Below are positions 50,370 through 63,670 of a DNA stretch of 64,000 bases, piece by piece (position 1 is the stretch's first letter; the number at the start of each line of letters is the position of its first letter). The position numbers were made by a program, and so were the translations under genes. Source of the DNA: Tubulanus polymorphus (taxonomy: Eukaryota; Animalia; Nemertea). The notes below the pieces were generated by a model. The model was not told the DNA's origin, ran no database searches, and saw nothing but the letters and a program-made list of their open reading frames with translations. Where the stretch lies: assembly GCF_964204645.1 (NCBI RefSeq), contig NC_134030.1, positions 16,430,110 through 16,494,109 on the forward strand, written 5' to 3'.

Positions 50370-53300
50370 TTACTTGAAGTAATTGCTTGTAAAACAGATG
50401 TCTAATTTTTGAAAAATTTCCTCTTGCGTTCCAACTAAGTTTAATGGCTAATTCAAAATATTTGCACAAGTACTACTTGTTGGAAGAGTACTATCAGTGA
50501 ATCTTATTTTCGGCTGAGTGGTAAAGCCTAACACAGGCTCCAACTCGGAACCAGTGGTAAACATTAAGATATCTTCAAGGCGAACTGTTTGTTCTCCAAT
50601 AGAAGGTCTACCAGCTGCGAAAGAAAAATTGTAGTCATTATCCTCATTACGGTCAAAATGATTAACGATTTACGAATGTACAATCATGATAAATTTGAAA
50701 AATAATTATATATTTCTTCAAAAATTTTGATTCATAACATTGCAGCAATAATAAAATAATATATTTCATTCAATATCATGGGTTAATCTACCAGGGTATG
50801 ACGAATAGTGTGTAGGGCCTGGTTTTATAGACTGGTATTAACCCAGAAGCTAATTGAAAATGAATTGAGTTAGCCCCGGGTTAAGGTTAATACCAGTCTA
50901 TAGAACTGGCCCCTGCAGAACATCATTTTGTAACAATAAGTGAAAAAGACAACATAGATGGTGGTAATTTTATGAATAGTGAAAGATTTTACAACTTACC
51001 ACTGATTTCCCTTAAGTATTTCAAGAATGTACGGTAGGTATTTTCTTCAGACTTTCTTTTGTTTGAACCCTCTTCACTGAATTGAACTTAAAGCAAATGT
51101 TTCAATTGACGGAAGGCCATAGGATGTGCAGCTGTCTTGTAGAATAACATTCGTATTGCTTGAAATTCTTGCATCAACTGAAAAATGTAGGATTTTTACT
51201 TCATACCAGTAAATACTGAATGCAATAGTTAAAATTCCAGGCACCACAGACTAATTACCTCTAGGACTCATGCTGATTTAAGTCCCTCGGATAATTGAGA
51301 TTCTGCATCATTCTTCGTCTCGTTTCCGATCATCCGATCTAGAAGATTGGGGTTCATGAACGTAACTAAGGGGCCTCCTTGTAGTACACTGAGTCCTGTA
51401 AATAAATTTCTTTAGTTCTTAATAAACCAATGTATTATAATTTTTAAGGCATGATTATAGTACCTTCATGAGTTTCCAAATACATGTACACGCATTATTG
51501 TAATGGAGTAATGGATTCTTGTAAATCATGAACAGAAACGTCCAGTTGGTGATTTTCATTTTATTAAGATTTCAAGTTTGAATTCTATAACGAATCAATT
51601 TTTTTTACAAACCTAGCAGTACTCCGGCCGCGTAAAAATGTCGTTTTCGTTGATGGAGGTCACTTTCACAAAGTTCCTCATCATCATCAAATAACTTCTC
51701 TTGTATCGCAGCCGTAATCTCGGCCAAGAACTGCCGCCTAGGCCCTCCGAGATCTTTGGCCTCCTGTCCTAAGTATTCTATTTCTAGTGCAAGCCTTAGA
51801 TTAAATCCTTCAAGGATGCCATCCATGGCATCCTCGAAAAGATTAAAATTGGAAATAGAAATATAATTGGTCTCTCCATCTAACCTTGTTGCCATGTCAC
51901 TAATATCCAACGGCTGACCTTTCAGTAGTTTGTCTATGTAGTGCTTCAGAATTGTGACCAGATTATCACTGTTTTCCCTGAAATAGTTGATTTATTATCT
52001 TTCTTTATCCAAAATTTACCGGCGGTCATTCATTTATTACGTATACATTTGGGGAGGGGTCGTACAGGAGGGGGTTTGAAAAATTACTGCATATGGTATT
52101 ATGCATACGTAAATGAATACCGGTAATCCCCTGTTTTACTGTTGCAGAATATGAGGTTTTCATTCCTTTTACATATGATAGGAATACATCAGACAATTTC
52201 ATTGAATACCATGACTTACATTTCATTGGCGGTCTCTTTGACAATTTTCATGACCCTAAAATGAAATACAATGTATTCACATTTGAATATTGAGTACTTA
52301 ATTAGAAAATTAGGGTCAAGGTATTAGCTTTAACCTGAGGGTTAACTCAAAATAATTTTCAATTGAGTTACCCCCGGGGTTAAAGTTAATACCATTCTAT
52401 AAAACTGGTCTCAGTTTTGTTCTTCAGTTCACTTAGATACAGTAACTATAACTTACTCTGAATATTCAACATCAGCCTCGGCTGGATTACTGGTGTCTAC
52501 TAGAATTAATTCAGCAGGAGCAGCAGAAGTCTCTTCATCTTCAGAACTCTCCGAAATACTCTCCACAATAGCCGGAGCAGAGTTTGTGTCACGATTCGGA
52601 ACAGAAATTGGAACGGAGTTGGCCTGGAAATTTATAATAATTTTTTTTTTAATACATGCACAGTAGTAACTAAATTTATTAAGTATCTAAGGTACATGTA
52701 ATGTACCTATCATTTGTGTCATTGGATTAAGACTGAACTTACATCACATTCTTTAGTACGAGACCTAATTGATTTCACATCAAAGCTCACACTGCAAGCA
52801 TCGAATAAATCCCTCATCGTGGAGATCGGTATCTGACTCGTGTGCATCTTCGATGGATTTTTGTATTGGTCGCACATAAAATTTCGAACCAACCAACATT
52901 TTTAATTCATTCACTGAAATAGGCCCCACATGAATAACTTCTAAACGTGTTCTTGAATTTTGTTCTGCCACCATCAGCTCATATCCGCCACATTCCTTGA
53001 GTTTATAAAAAGCGCTGCAGTAAAAATGAATATGAAACATTAATTACCTAGACAAAAATACGCAAAATATCTATATTTCATGTTTACCGTCAACCCCGAT
53101 ATACCGCCCACATCAGTGCAGAACGATTTTGGCGGTATATAGAGTATGGCGGTTTATCGGGGGTGTTTGACTTTATATTTGTATAGAGATGTACATTGAG
53201 AAAACATGGGGGTAGGCGGGGGTGGTGGTAAATGGGAGGGCAGTATATCGGGGGTTGACTATATTCATTCCTAGTTAACTCATCCTTAATTGCCAGGGTT

Positions 53301-53620
53301 CGGTTGCTTTGCACCACCAAAGCCATGCCAACAGTTCATGCATTAGTCTGTTACACCGGGAGGTAATCAAACCCTGGCAAGCGAGGATAAATAAACTCAG
53401 CATTCAATTCTAATGAGATTCTGGTTAAAAGGTTTTATTTTTTATGTCAATTGTCCTTGTATAAGACATCTTCAAAATGCCATTTGTCGCCCTCAGAATT
53501 GAAAACTAATTTTTTCATTCCTATGTCCGATCGCGTAAGCGTTAAAAGTTCACGTTTTGATGGCACCCAGTCAGCTTCAGTATTGCTTGGACAAACTACA
53601 TTTTTTGTCGTTGTCCTCTG
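50370..53620 (-). pseudogene. Multi-exon G2E3-like HECT E3 ubiquitin ligase carried by the IS3EU element
   Basis: EYLGQEAKDLGGPRRQFL, FYAAGVLLG, SVLQGGP, LEDILMFTTG, LPTSSTCANIL (catalytic Cys codon at 50466-50468); N-terminal exons KLKECGGYELM and FYVRPIQ; several stops. Confidence 0.8.
50815..50912. mobile_element. Short GGGCC-ended MITE; related partial copies at ~49920-50054 and ~52310-52412
   Basis: GGGCCTGGTTTTATAGACTGGTATTAACC / GGTTAATACCAGTCTATAGAACTGGCCC. Confidence 0.65.
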
Positions 53621-54572
53621 TTTGGGCACTGAAATGATACAAGAAAACATTCATCTTTGTAATAGCTTGGAATTAAATAAGATACCTGTATTGATAATTC
53701 CCGACAAGAAATACCTATACATTTTGTCATTGTGAACCAGTGTTTAATATTCAAGATGATATTTTCTATGCTAAAGTAAGAAGTAAATGATATCATACAT
53801 ACCAACATTTTGCGTGGTCCTTCTAGAATATGGAATGCCACTAGCACTTCTTTGGAATATTGGTCGGTGCACCTAATGAAAAGGATTGAAAAATCTTATT
53901 ACCTTAAGAAGGACCCTCGATAGATTAAATGGGACAATGGGCCATGGCAGCTATTCAGAATAAAATACTAGTATGAAATAATGCTTTCTGATAGCCCCAG
54001 GGTTTGTTATTATATGTGCTATTAGGTTTAAATCCCATAAATGTGTAATAGAAAAACATTCAATGGTTTTCCATTATATTCAATCTTGTATTTTTCTATT
54101 ACCAGTACACATTTGGGATATTTAACTTAATATCACTCACAAATAAACCCTGGCCGCTAACAAGGTTTATTATTTCATATTGCAATAATAAGGTAATAAG
54201 GGATAATTGTTTTCTAATCTGCAACCCTAACTGTAGATGGTTTGTATTTTCAATGAGGCCGGACAACAATCATAACAATTTTTTTAAGGCAATAATAATT
54301 GGCCCGCCCTCGTCACTTTCCAGAAAAAAATTTGATGAGAAAGTAGGGTATTTCTTTGTGTGGCCTAATGATTAGGCCACGTAAAGAAGAAATACACAGC
54401 GTGGCCGATTAGGCTAATTTTTGACAAAACAGTGTCTTTTTGAAGGGAATTGTCGCCCATACAGCTATTCATTCATAACATAATAAACAGTTCAGGCTAA
54501 ATTATACAATTTGATAGAAGTGACGGACACAACTCCTCCCTCTGCATGCAACGATATAAACAGATCTGATAA

Positions 54573-54573
<1 letters not shown>

Positions 54574-54654
<81 letters not shown>
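54574..54654. repeat. (TCA)n microsatellite
   Basis: About 27 units. Confidence 0.97.
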
Positions 54655-55009
54655 ATTCTGCAGGATCTGTGGTAGGCCCATTTGAGCCTGTGATTATCCT
54701 CCTCTCTATCCTCCTCTTCTTCTCAACTAATATTTAGTTCCTAGGTTTAACGTGGTTTCGAGAAAGACACAAACTCCCTTTATCATTAGGTTGATTTAAC
54801 TCATTGATTAGTAATTATGTGATTGTCATTTAATTCATCGTGGATAGATGGTGCGCGTGTTTGGAAGGGGATGAAATATTGCCTTATTCTCTCGCATGTG
54901 TATTTATCAGTAGTAGTTAACGCGTGCCACAGTGCAGTTCACTCATGCCGCGTACAACAACGATGCTTGAGTCAGATTGTTTTTAAGCTTATCCCACTAA
55001 GCCCATACC

Positions 55010-55315
55010 TACCTGCTATCGTGAAACTATTAAAAACCATATCAGTCGATAAAAATCATTTCGTCAGTAACCGGCACTGCCCAAAGTTTGAAGAACTTGG
55101 AGCTTCTGTCCAGATTGGTTTTACATGTATGATTATTCTTATGATTAATGAAAAACCTCTGATGAGACCAGGCTCTCTACAAGTTTGTACAGTATATTAA
55201 GTCACTCATACTTTCTCATAAATTAAGTTTTTTATGTCATTCTAAGGATCTATTAAAATTATGAACATTTGTCGAAAAATTGCCATAATCTATCATTCGA
55301 AGATTTCATTCTCGT
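55010..55315 (+). repeat. Interspersed repeat with a second copy at ~37710-37995
   Basis: Shared ctatcgtgaaa..attaaaaacca...ccggcactg...gagcttctgtcc...gaagatttcattctcgt. Confidence 0.7.
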
Positions 55316-55338
55316 TAAGAGTCAGTTTCATTAAACTT

Positions 55339-56560
55339 TGTCGAAATCGTGGAGAGGGGACCAGGACGGAGTTACAGAAAGCCGAGAGACAGCTTAACCT
55401 GGTGGCTGCATTCATGTAACTGATTTTATTACTCTAGTGATAATACAACTTCCGTTGCCGAGGCGCACATCTTGGTTGAGTTAAGGTTACAGTACGGCCC
55501 TGCGAATGCTTATGTTTCTCACAGAATCGGTTTTACTGACACTCCGGCCGGCGAGCAATTAACTTAAACTAAATATATGTTTTAAATATTAGACATTTCA
55601 TTATTAGTATCAATACATCATTTCTTATTGTAAAATTATTCCAAATCAGCATGTGCGCGCGACCAAACAAAACCTTTCATTCAAAATATATACATTATGT
55701 CATCCAACTTAATTAATAAAAGTATCGGAAATTATAGTTCCATTGAATTTCATCAGCCACAACTGGACCATAGCCCTTATCCGCCAGGCTCTCATATCCC
55801 ATAACCCTTTTCGAGGGTGGCTAGGGGTTGCTCATGGTTGCCAAAGCCACGACCTCAAGACTAAGGAGGGCACAGATCGTCTCACTGTCTGTGTCTTAGG
55901 CTCAGTATCGGACTGGTCCTAAACCTTTACCCTTCGTTTACGTTTCCGTCTAATCCGCGAACAGTTGCTTGATCTTAGAATTGGCGAGTTCAGCTGCCGA
56001 TCGGTGAAGTCGCGGTCGCGCACCCGTTTCTTCATTAATAACTGTCTCTGTGCATTTACTCCCGGTGTTAAGCTCCAGCGGATATAGTTTAGCGATTGCA
56101 CGATTTGACGTGCGGGTAGTGGTACTAACGGTAACTGAGCGCGTTGAGCCATCTTGGCTCTTTAAAAGCTTTTCGACTACGCCTAATTTCGACTTCGCAC
56201 ATGGTTTGTCCTTGTCGTATATTAAAACGACGTCACCAACGCTGACTAAGTCACGCTTGTCGTGTTGTTTCGAAATCTCATATGTGTGTATTTCTCTTAG
56301 TGTCGCTAAGTACTCGTCGTAGAATCTCTTGCGGAAAGACTCGATTAACTGATTTCGACGGAACGCGACTTTTTCTACCTTTTTTCTGCTACCGAAAGTA
56401 GGATCATACTCGCACTCGTCATCACAATTTTCCGATGGCATCATGTCGATTGCGTGCCCATACAGCAGATGGTTTGGTGTGATAACGCTAAGATGTTTCG
56501 AATCAGCGGAATAGTATGTCAGCGGGCGATTATTTACCACAGTTTGTATTTCTTCAATTA
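55339..56560 (-). mobile_element. BEL/Pao integrase 3' fragment plus 3' LTR (55339-55541)
   Basis: VNNRPLTY, ITPNHLLYG, EYLATLRE, RAIAKLYPLE; PPT-like GCCGGCCGGAG then a TGTC...GACA-bounded 203-bp LTR containing AATAAA. Confidence 0.8.
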
Positions 56561-58939
56561 GGGTTTTCTGTTACATCACAGAAAACCCTATTGATACTCG
56601 CGTGTTTATAATTATTATTTCACAATTGACGTCAAAACTGCAAAGGCTTTCTTACCTTTCCGCGATTTCCGATACAATCCATTTTATTTCATTTAGCTCA
56701 CTTCGATCTACAGGTACCGCATGGGAATTTTGATGAATCAACTTACAAAAGCACTGTCAGGCCGTAAACATCGGAAATTGAGCCCCATTCAATGGGGAGA
56801 CATTTTTTTTAAGTTAACAATTACCCATTTTCTTCATCAGTACACTTTACCGATCCACATGATATTTACTACTCTGAATATTATAAAAATCATAATCACT
56901 GTTGAGCTGTAAAGATCGATAATCAACGTGTGTCTTTACGTCGTCGTTCCGCGGATCCGCTGCGAGTTTTCCTCGCCATGAGAATCAAATCAAGTACAAA
57001 TAAATTTGTTACTCCCAATGATTTGCCCGCGGGCTTCAAACAGTTAGTTTTACAATATTCTATTTTCCTTTACCAAATTTACCAGATATTTACTAAGATA
57101 AATCATTTAAGTACCGGCAAGTTGTAGGCCTAAACTCAACAGGCCGAACAGATTCAGCAGAGAAAAGCTTCCAGTGTTGACGAGGTATCAAAATAAATGA
57201 ATTTATCACTATAATGATAATATATTATATGAATCTTATATAGGGCTAAATCCAGCCAGGCTGCTCAGAGCGCTTTACATTTTTAGCGAACCTATGGTTC
57301 ACTTCTTATGCCAACGGTCTAGCTGGTCTTGTGCCAATATTGCTAGAAAGTGATGTTAACAAGCCACATTTTGAAACGGTGATAGACCCGGTAATATTTC
57401 TTGTTGCAGATGATTCAAATAGCCTAACACTCTCTATTGTGCGAATTTCGTTGCGATGTGATTGATCTAAGCTAAAATTTTAGATAATTAGAAAATTTCC
57501 TTAGCTTTAATATAGTTTGACTTGACCTGGAATGACCTAAGTCATGAATAATCATTAGCAGATGCGCATGCGCTTAACACTGTGTAGAATAACAGGTGGA
57601 TCCTCGCTTAAATAGATCCATTTTGTAAAATACCAAGCTGTGTATTGACGATTACTGTTAGGAAAACAAATGGCGGAAAAGCGCGTTACATTTTTATACT
57701 TTGGTCACTGACTCTTGAAAAGAGTACCGTCGACGTCAAGATACTCGAAGAAACCGCAGCGTATTAACTTCCACCAGTCACCGGGTATGGTACATGTACG
57801 AGGGAGGGAGGTAAGTCTTCAGTTTCTCCTGATGAATTAACGAATCACAATGTATATCCAATAAAAAGACCTTCATTTTTTCATGACTGGACCTCGTTTG
57901 TAAAAAAAATGCCTGCTGAATCGGAATACAAACTTCTTTCAGCTATATCGTTTGCTACTATAGGTTATTAGGAGAAAAAAATAATCTTCCACCCCTCCAC
58001 TTTTTACTCATTTACTAATGGATTTACTGGCCTTGCGATTGCGCAATACCGATTGATGATGGCAGCACAAGCTTGCCAAGTGAGAGCTCTCCACATTTTC
58101 GGCTGTCCTTGAAGCTATTTAATAGCGAATGTGCGATTACTGAATTATTTCCGAAAAAAGTTATAACAACATAATTAAAGACCTGATTTAGCGATATGAA
58201 CGGTGGGTTTGAATTGCTTTGTCTTCTTATCTGTCGCTACAATGCGTGTTTCTGCATGAAAACAGTTTCTTCAATCGATTTTGATAGAACACTGCACAGG
58301 CGTTTAAAACATTTCTTGAGGGTGGCCAGGCTGAAATTTGGAGATGGTACGAACGGACTTAATATTTAGCGTAATTTAGCAACTCGCGATATTTGGTCAT
58401 TAATTAGTTTGCTAGGGCAATGGAATACAGAAGCATCAGTCAAACATATATTTTCTCTTTTTTACCTTCAGGGCCTCTTGTTTAGGTAATGATCTGGCGA
58501 GTAGCAGTCATTAAACTTATAACAAAAATTACGACGTTCATGGGAAACCATAACCTAGATACATGTACGACGGAACATCTGAACTATTCAAGATTCAAGT
58601 AATTGTAAAAAAATTAGCTTGTTATTTTGCAAAAAAAATAAAGAATTTTATTTTATATGGAGTGTTACCTCTCCATCTCACGGTTCTTTGTCAACTAAGC
58701 TTTGATTATTACCCCCCCCCCCCTCCACCCCAATTTCAAATGCAAAGTTCAATGTTGTCCCAGGATTGACCGGTAAGATTAACAATGCCAGACTTAATCT
58801 CTCTATGAGATCTTCCTAAACCAATTACTTATTGGGACCAGGTCAGCAGCCACTTCTTTGAAAGCATATTTCGCTTTCTTCCTTTTACTGCTCAGATTAT
58901 CATGTCGGTGAGCTTCTGGGCCATTGGTCCTTTATTCGG

Positions 58940-59180
58940 TATTATTACCCCGGCCAATTTTATACTCTAATATGTATCAGTCGTCTCTCCCTGGAGAGAA
59001 GTAACACCGAGCTGCTAACAAACGCTCAGGAGTCATCTTATCAGGCCAGGTACCCATTTTACTCCTGGGTGGAGAGAGGCTAAATGTCTTGCCCGAGGAC
59101 ACTACAGCAATGTACGGGGTTCGAACCCACGACCTGGCTTCCCAGAGTCGAACGCTCTAACCGCTCGGCCACACCGCTCC
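58940..59180 (-). mobile_element. tRNA-derived SINE 5' part; probable 3' tail displaced to ~57210-57279
   Basis: A box TGGCCGAGCGG and B box GGTTCGAACCC, then GTGTCCTCGGGCAAGACA and CCACCCAGGAGTAAAATGGGTACC; tail TGTAAAGCGCTCTGAGCAGC...TATATAAG plus ATT-rich end lies beyond a ~1.65 kb HINE-like insert. Confidence 0.75.
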
Positions 59181-59549
59181 AGTGATACTACAGTGATTTT
59201 GCCCCGGGCTTCAACCATGCGTCAGTATTCTATTTTTCCTACAGTACATACCGATCTTTTCCAAATCCATGGGATATTTACTAAATACCTGTATATGACA
59301 TATTATTATCCATCAGAGAAAATCTGTTGTGTCGACGAGGTATCAATATAAAGGAATCTATTACTTTATTCGATTTCCGCGAGTTATTTCCGATTTTATA
59401 GGCAAAAATGAAAATTATTTTGAAAATTTCATCTGAGCAGACAGCTTTATAAACCAGACTTTTCATTGAGATTTTTCATCATTAATGAAATTGGTATTTC
59501 AATTATTCCTAATAACTTAAGTTACTGCGTAAGCCTTGAAAGATCTTTC

Positions 59550-59890
59550 TTTTGTTCAAAAAGCCTTTCGCTCGAAATTTGTTTCGTCGAAACCAAAAAT
59601 GTTTTCTTTCAAACCAAAAATGTTTCGTTCGATTGAACCACTTTGAAAAAAAAATCATTAGGACAAAGTTGTTTACGTTCGAACAAACTTTTTTTGTCCA
59701 TACAAAATGTTTTTCATTCGAACAATCGTTCGATCAAACAGAATCGTTTTCATTCGAACAAAATTTTCTTGTCAGATTGTTAAGTTTACCGTTCGAACAA
59801 GTATATTGTAATAAGTTTTTCTATCGAACAGAATTATTTTCATTCAAACATTTGTTCGAAACAAAATTGTTTTCACTCGACCAAGTTTTG
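59550..59890. repeat. Degenerate tandem repeats (TTCGAACAAA / TTTCATTCG)
   Basis: More than 8 imperfect copies; probably the interior of a MITE. Confidence 0.6.
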
Positions 59891-62800
59891 TAGGCCCATC
59901 TTCCATGTTTCTGACCATGAACGGAACACTGCTTGCTAAGGTTGTTTTTGAAATATACTCTGTCCGGTACATTTTGAATTACTCTGTATATCATCTATCA
60001 GGAGAGTGTAGAGGAGACGATTTATGATACTACCTTGCATGACTCCACTAGTTAGACCGATTTATTCCAAGATGAGACAGTGTTGTTGAATTCGGCTTTT
60101 GACGAGACCATCCTATCCAAGTATGAGCAAATGCATTGACTTAATATGCTGGCATTCAAAGCCATTGATGCCTTAAATGCCTGCACTTATCTTGCATCAA
60201 TGCATCAATGTATGTCTTCATTTCGAAAAATGAATTTGCAGGAGCAGTTGTTTTCTCTTGGCAGTGCACAGCATTGCACCTGCCTAACAAAGATGGTATC
60301 ACTGCGTAAATACTGTTTCATTAACTTCATTAAGAGTAATGCCGTAATGATGATGTTCATCTGAGATCTTTTGGCTGGCCAGTTTCTGAAGTTGTTTGCA
60401 AAATTTGTGTGGTTCTTACACCACTTTCGGCTAAATAATTTCCTACGATTGTTGCACTCCCTTTTAATGCTGTTTTGCTAACACCCTTCTTTTCTTCGGA
60501 TGAACTGCAATAACAGTGATGATGGTTCTGAATCTCAATTTTTCTCTAAATTATATATCACAATTAGGACAATGGTAGTGTGACTTATTCTGCAAGGAAC
60601 AGCTAACAACCTAAATAGAAAAATTTTGATGCCAATTTGATTAAAAAAGGAGTCTACCGTATATAGCTCTATAGCTCCACTTTGTTGTTACTTGCGTCTC
60701 ATTCATATCCAAATATTAGCAAGAATAGTGACTAAAGGAAAAATCTAAAGTACGCCTAAATGTGCAGGCGCACCCCAAAAGACCATTTAAACCAAGTTAA
60801 GTGAGGATCCGGGTAAAACTATAGAACATCACTGACTGACATATGGAGTAATGTTATGTAAACAAGTAAATATACTTACATTTCGGAATCATCTTTTGGT
60901 AAATTAACTCGATTCTGCCAATGGTTAGCTAACATATTGCTGCTTACATGATAAATTCTTGTCGATTTAAAATGACTGACCTAGCATAAAGGATGATGAT
61001 ATCATTCACTTCAGTATCTTTCCGCACAGAACATTCAGAATTAAGATGAAGCAGATCTCTTTCTTTACTAAAAAAGGACATCTTATTCTGCAAAAAGATA
61101 TCAAATACAATTCAATTTTACTTGATGGAACAAATAAAACATCAAATCCAATTCAATTATGTTTTATTGGGCAAATTTCAGACAATTCAATTCTATTCCA
61201 CATTCAAATCAATAAGACCAAGGGAAAAGAATTATCTGAGCTTTTCGTTCCTGCCGACTCCAGTCGCTGTCTGTGCTACTTATGAAAACACAATTGTATT
61301 GTGTAAATTATGCGTATTTATTGACTCTTGAGCTGGGAGTGTATTTTGATAAATATAACCCACAGAATGCATCATTTACCATTTTATGAAAAGCTGACTG
61401 GACCCTTGGGCTGTAGTGAGATGCCAATCGTTGCCAAGTGTTCCCCTCTACATAATTAACATCATCGGTTGTTAGGGTTGTAACTTGAATTTAATCCCAC
61501 AAATTTCTAGCGGTTGACCTCAATGGGGTTGCGGGTATATTTTTGGGCCTACAATTTTGCATAATCCGATGCTTCCATAGCAGTATTTAATTGTGTTTGA
61601 CTTCACATCATTCCAGACATTTTTCAGTGCATAAATTGCATCTGGAAGATCCCACATAAAGAGTTATCTTCCAAAACATGCAAGTTTTTTTGGACACGGA
61701 CGACATTCGTAGTGAGTTACGATGTTGTGACCCACATAATCAATTAACTACGATTACGATTGTTTTAAGCTGACCATCCTAATCTTTAATATGCCATTTT
61801 TGAAATAGTACAAAATTACAAGTATGATAAATTTTGTTCACTAGATTATTGATCGATTCATATTGATGACTCAGTAATAAACATGAAATAGAGAAAAATG
61901 TAGATTACTTACAGAACAATTTAGTTACATAGATTTTTACGAAGCACAAACAAACAAGTAACAACTTCCGGAGAAAAGTGTGGGCATATTTCCCGTGAAA
62001 ATACAAAAGCTAAATACAACACCATCTATGTTAAGCTCGAAAACAAATCTAACAGATGTCGTTAAGCTTTATAAATCTGTCCACCCAGGCATCCATAATT
62101 TCAGTTTCATCATATGGGAATTCAATCGCAAAATAAATAGCCTTCATTCAGTGTGTCGCCTTCAACTGACTGATGGACACTTTCACGGAACCATAATAAT
62201 AAAGCCACGTCGACGTCACAGTATTTGAAAGCCGCGTTACGAGTTAAATGTTGAGTGTGCTTTAATGCACCTTCGTCTTTTTCCTGTATTTTATCTTTAT
62301 TTGACAAAATATCATTCAAAGATTGTTTACTCAGCCCAAACTTTTCTGTGAAGAATGTAAGTTTTATATTTGGGTATTTCTCACAGAACTCTCACATTAC
62401 TCCACTATTTCCAGCTTCTGTTTAAATGAACTCGAAATTTCCTTTTCTAAGCCTCGGACGCTCAGGTCAAGCTAGTAAGTAAGTGCGTGAGTTAAATGTA
62501 AAAAGAGTGTAATTGTGACCTGACCCTGCAGCTGCTGAAAGATGATCGGCATACATGCAGACGGCAAACAACATCGCCAGTCAGTAAATGATGTTTATCT
62601 TTATTAGTATCAGATCATGGCTGGGAAGCTCATTCGAAAGTCAAGAGTTGAGTACATGGGAGATTGAAAATTCCTCGAAATTCTGAGTTTGATAAAAGTC
62701 AAAATTGAAAGAGTCTGCCGTTGTATTATGTACAGAAAACTATTGGAATTCAGAAATAAATTGGTGTTTTCCGAATTAGTCATGTCCGAGAGAGGCTAGG

Positions 62801-63458
62801 TTTACTGTACAAGCGAACCTGGCGGATCCACGCCTGCCACAAGCGGAATCCTCGATTTCCACAGTAGCACCGCGATACCTCAATGACAATGATATATCAA
62901 TATATGTCAGTTTACAATCGGCATGTAGTGGGAGTTCACATTGATTACCCATTGCAGTAATGAAGATCCATTTGTGCTTAAAAACCATGGAATCAAATGA
63001 TAATGCCCAAAAGTTTGTGCCATGCCCGCTCCTGCCTCTGTGAAAATAAAGAATGTTACATTACTCACAACTATAAGGGAGCAACTTAAAATATTGATAT
63101 TTGCTTCAATAAGAATAACTCGCAGAAGTGTTGAAGGCTCCACCAAATCGATCACAATTGATCATTGCTAGGATTCGAAAGCACTCTCATAATTGATGGT
63201 CTTTATAAGGACAATAAGAGTTTGTAGAGGATTTCACATGTAAGTTTTTTGATATCATTTCCAATTAAAAGTTGTGATCAAAATATTCTCATGAGAACTT
63301 TTCTTTGTCTGTGGTCTCTCATAAGAAAATCAACAGTTCAAACTTTGGCATGTCATGATCAGTGTGGGGTAGAGGTTAAAAGGAATTAGACAGTTACTCT
63401 AATAGACACAAATACCAAATTTTTTTGGAGATGCTCAGCAAGATACAAGGGTACTCAC

Positions 63459-63670
63459 TTTTTTCCAAGGAAGCGTTTTGATTCCATAATCATACAATAT
63501 TTCTTCATGGGGTAAATATTCCTGGTTGCATAGATTGCTAGCTTCGGAATCCCACCTACTGCTTCAACTATCACTTTCGCATTTTTCACTACCTTGTCCA
63601 TGGTTGATAAGGTGTCCAACTTCTTTCAGCTGAGGTTCAGAATCATCTGGTTCTGCTGTAACATCAACAG
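63459..63670 (-). pseudogene. SET-domain (PR-Set7/KMT5A-like) exon remnant
   Basis: VDVTAEP...VGHLINHG..NAKVIV...IPKLAIYATRNI..EEILYDYGIKTLPW across two frameshifts; donor AA|GTGAGT at 63459/63458. Confidence 0.6.

Larger units (their letters stand above)
45019..54461. mobile_element. Complete IS3EU-type DNA transposon (9443 bp) with transposase and HECT-ligase genes
   Basis: Perfect 38-bp TIRs TATGGGCGACAATTCCCTTCAAAAAGACACTGTTTTGT (45019-45056, 54424-54461); 6-bp TSD CAGCTA (45013-45018, 54462-54467). Confidence 0.92.

Noticed and set aside
59105-59180. Functional tRNA gene
   Set aside because: Pol III boxes are present, but there is no proper acceptor stem and it runs straight into SINE body sequence
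60000-62460. Possible Tigger/pogo transposase remnant on the minus strand
   Set aside because: Only faint motifs (KRK..SFKQKLEIV, PNSTTL) among many stops; too degraded to support by eye
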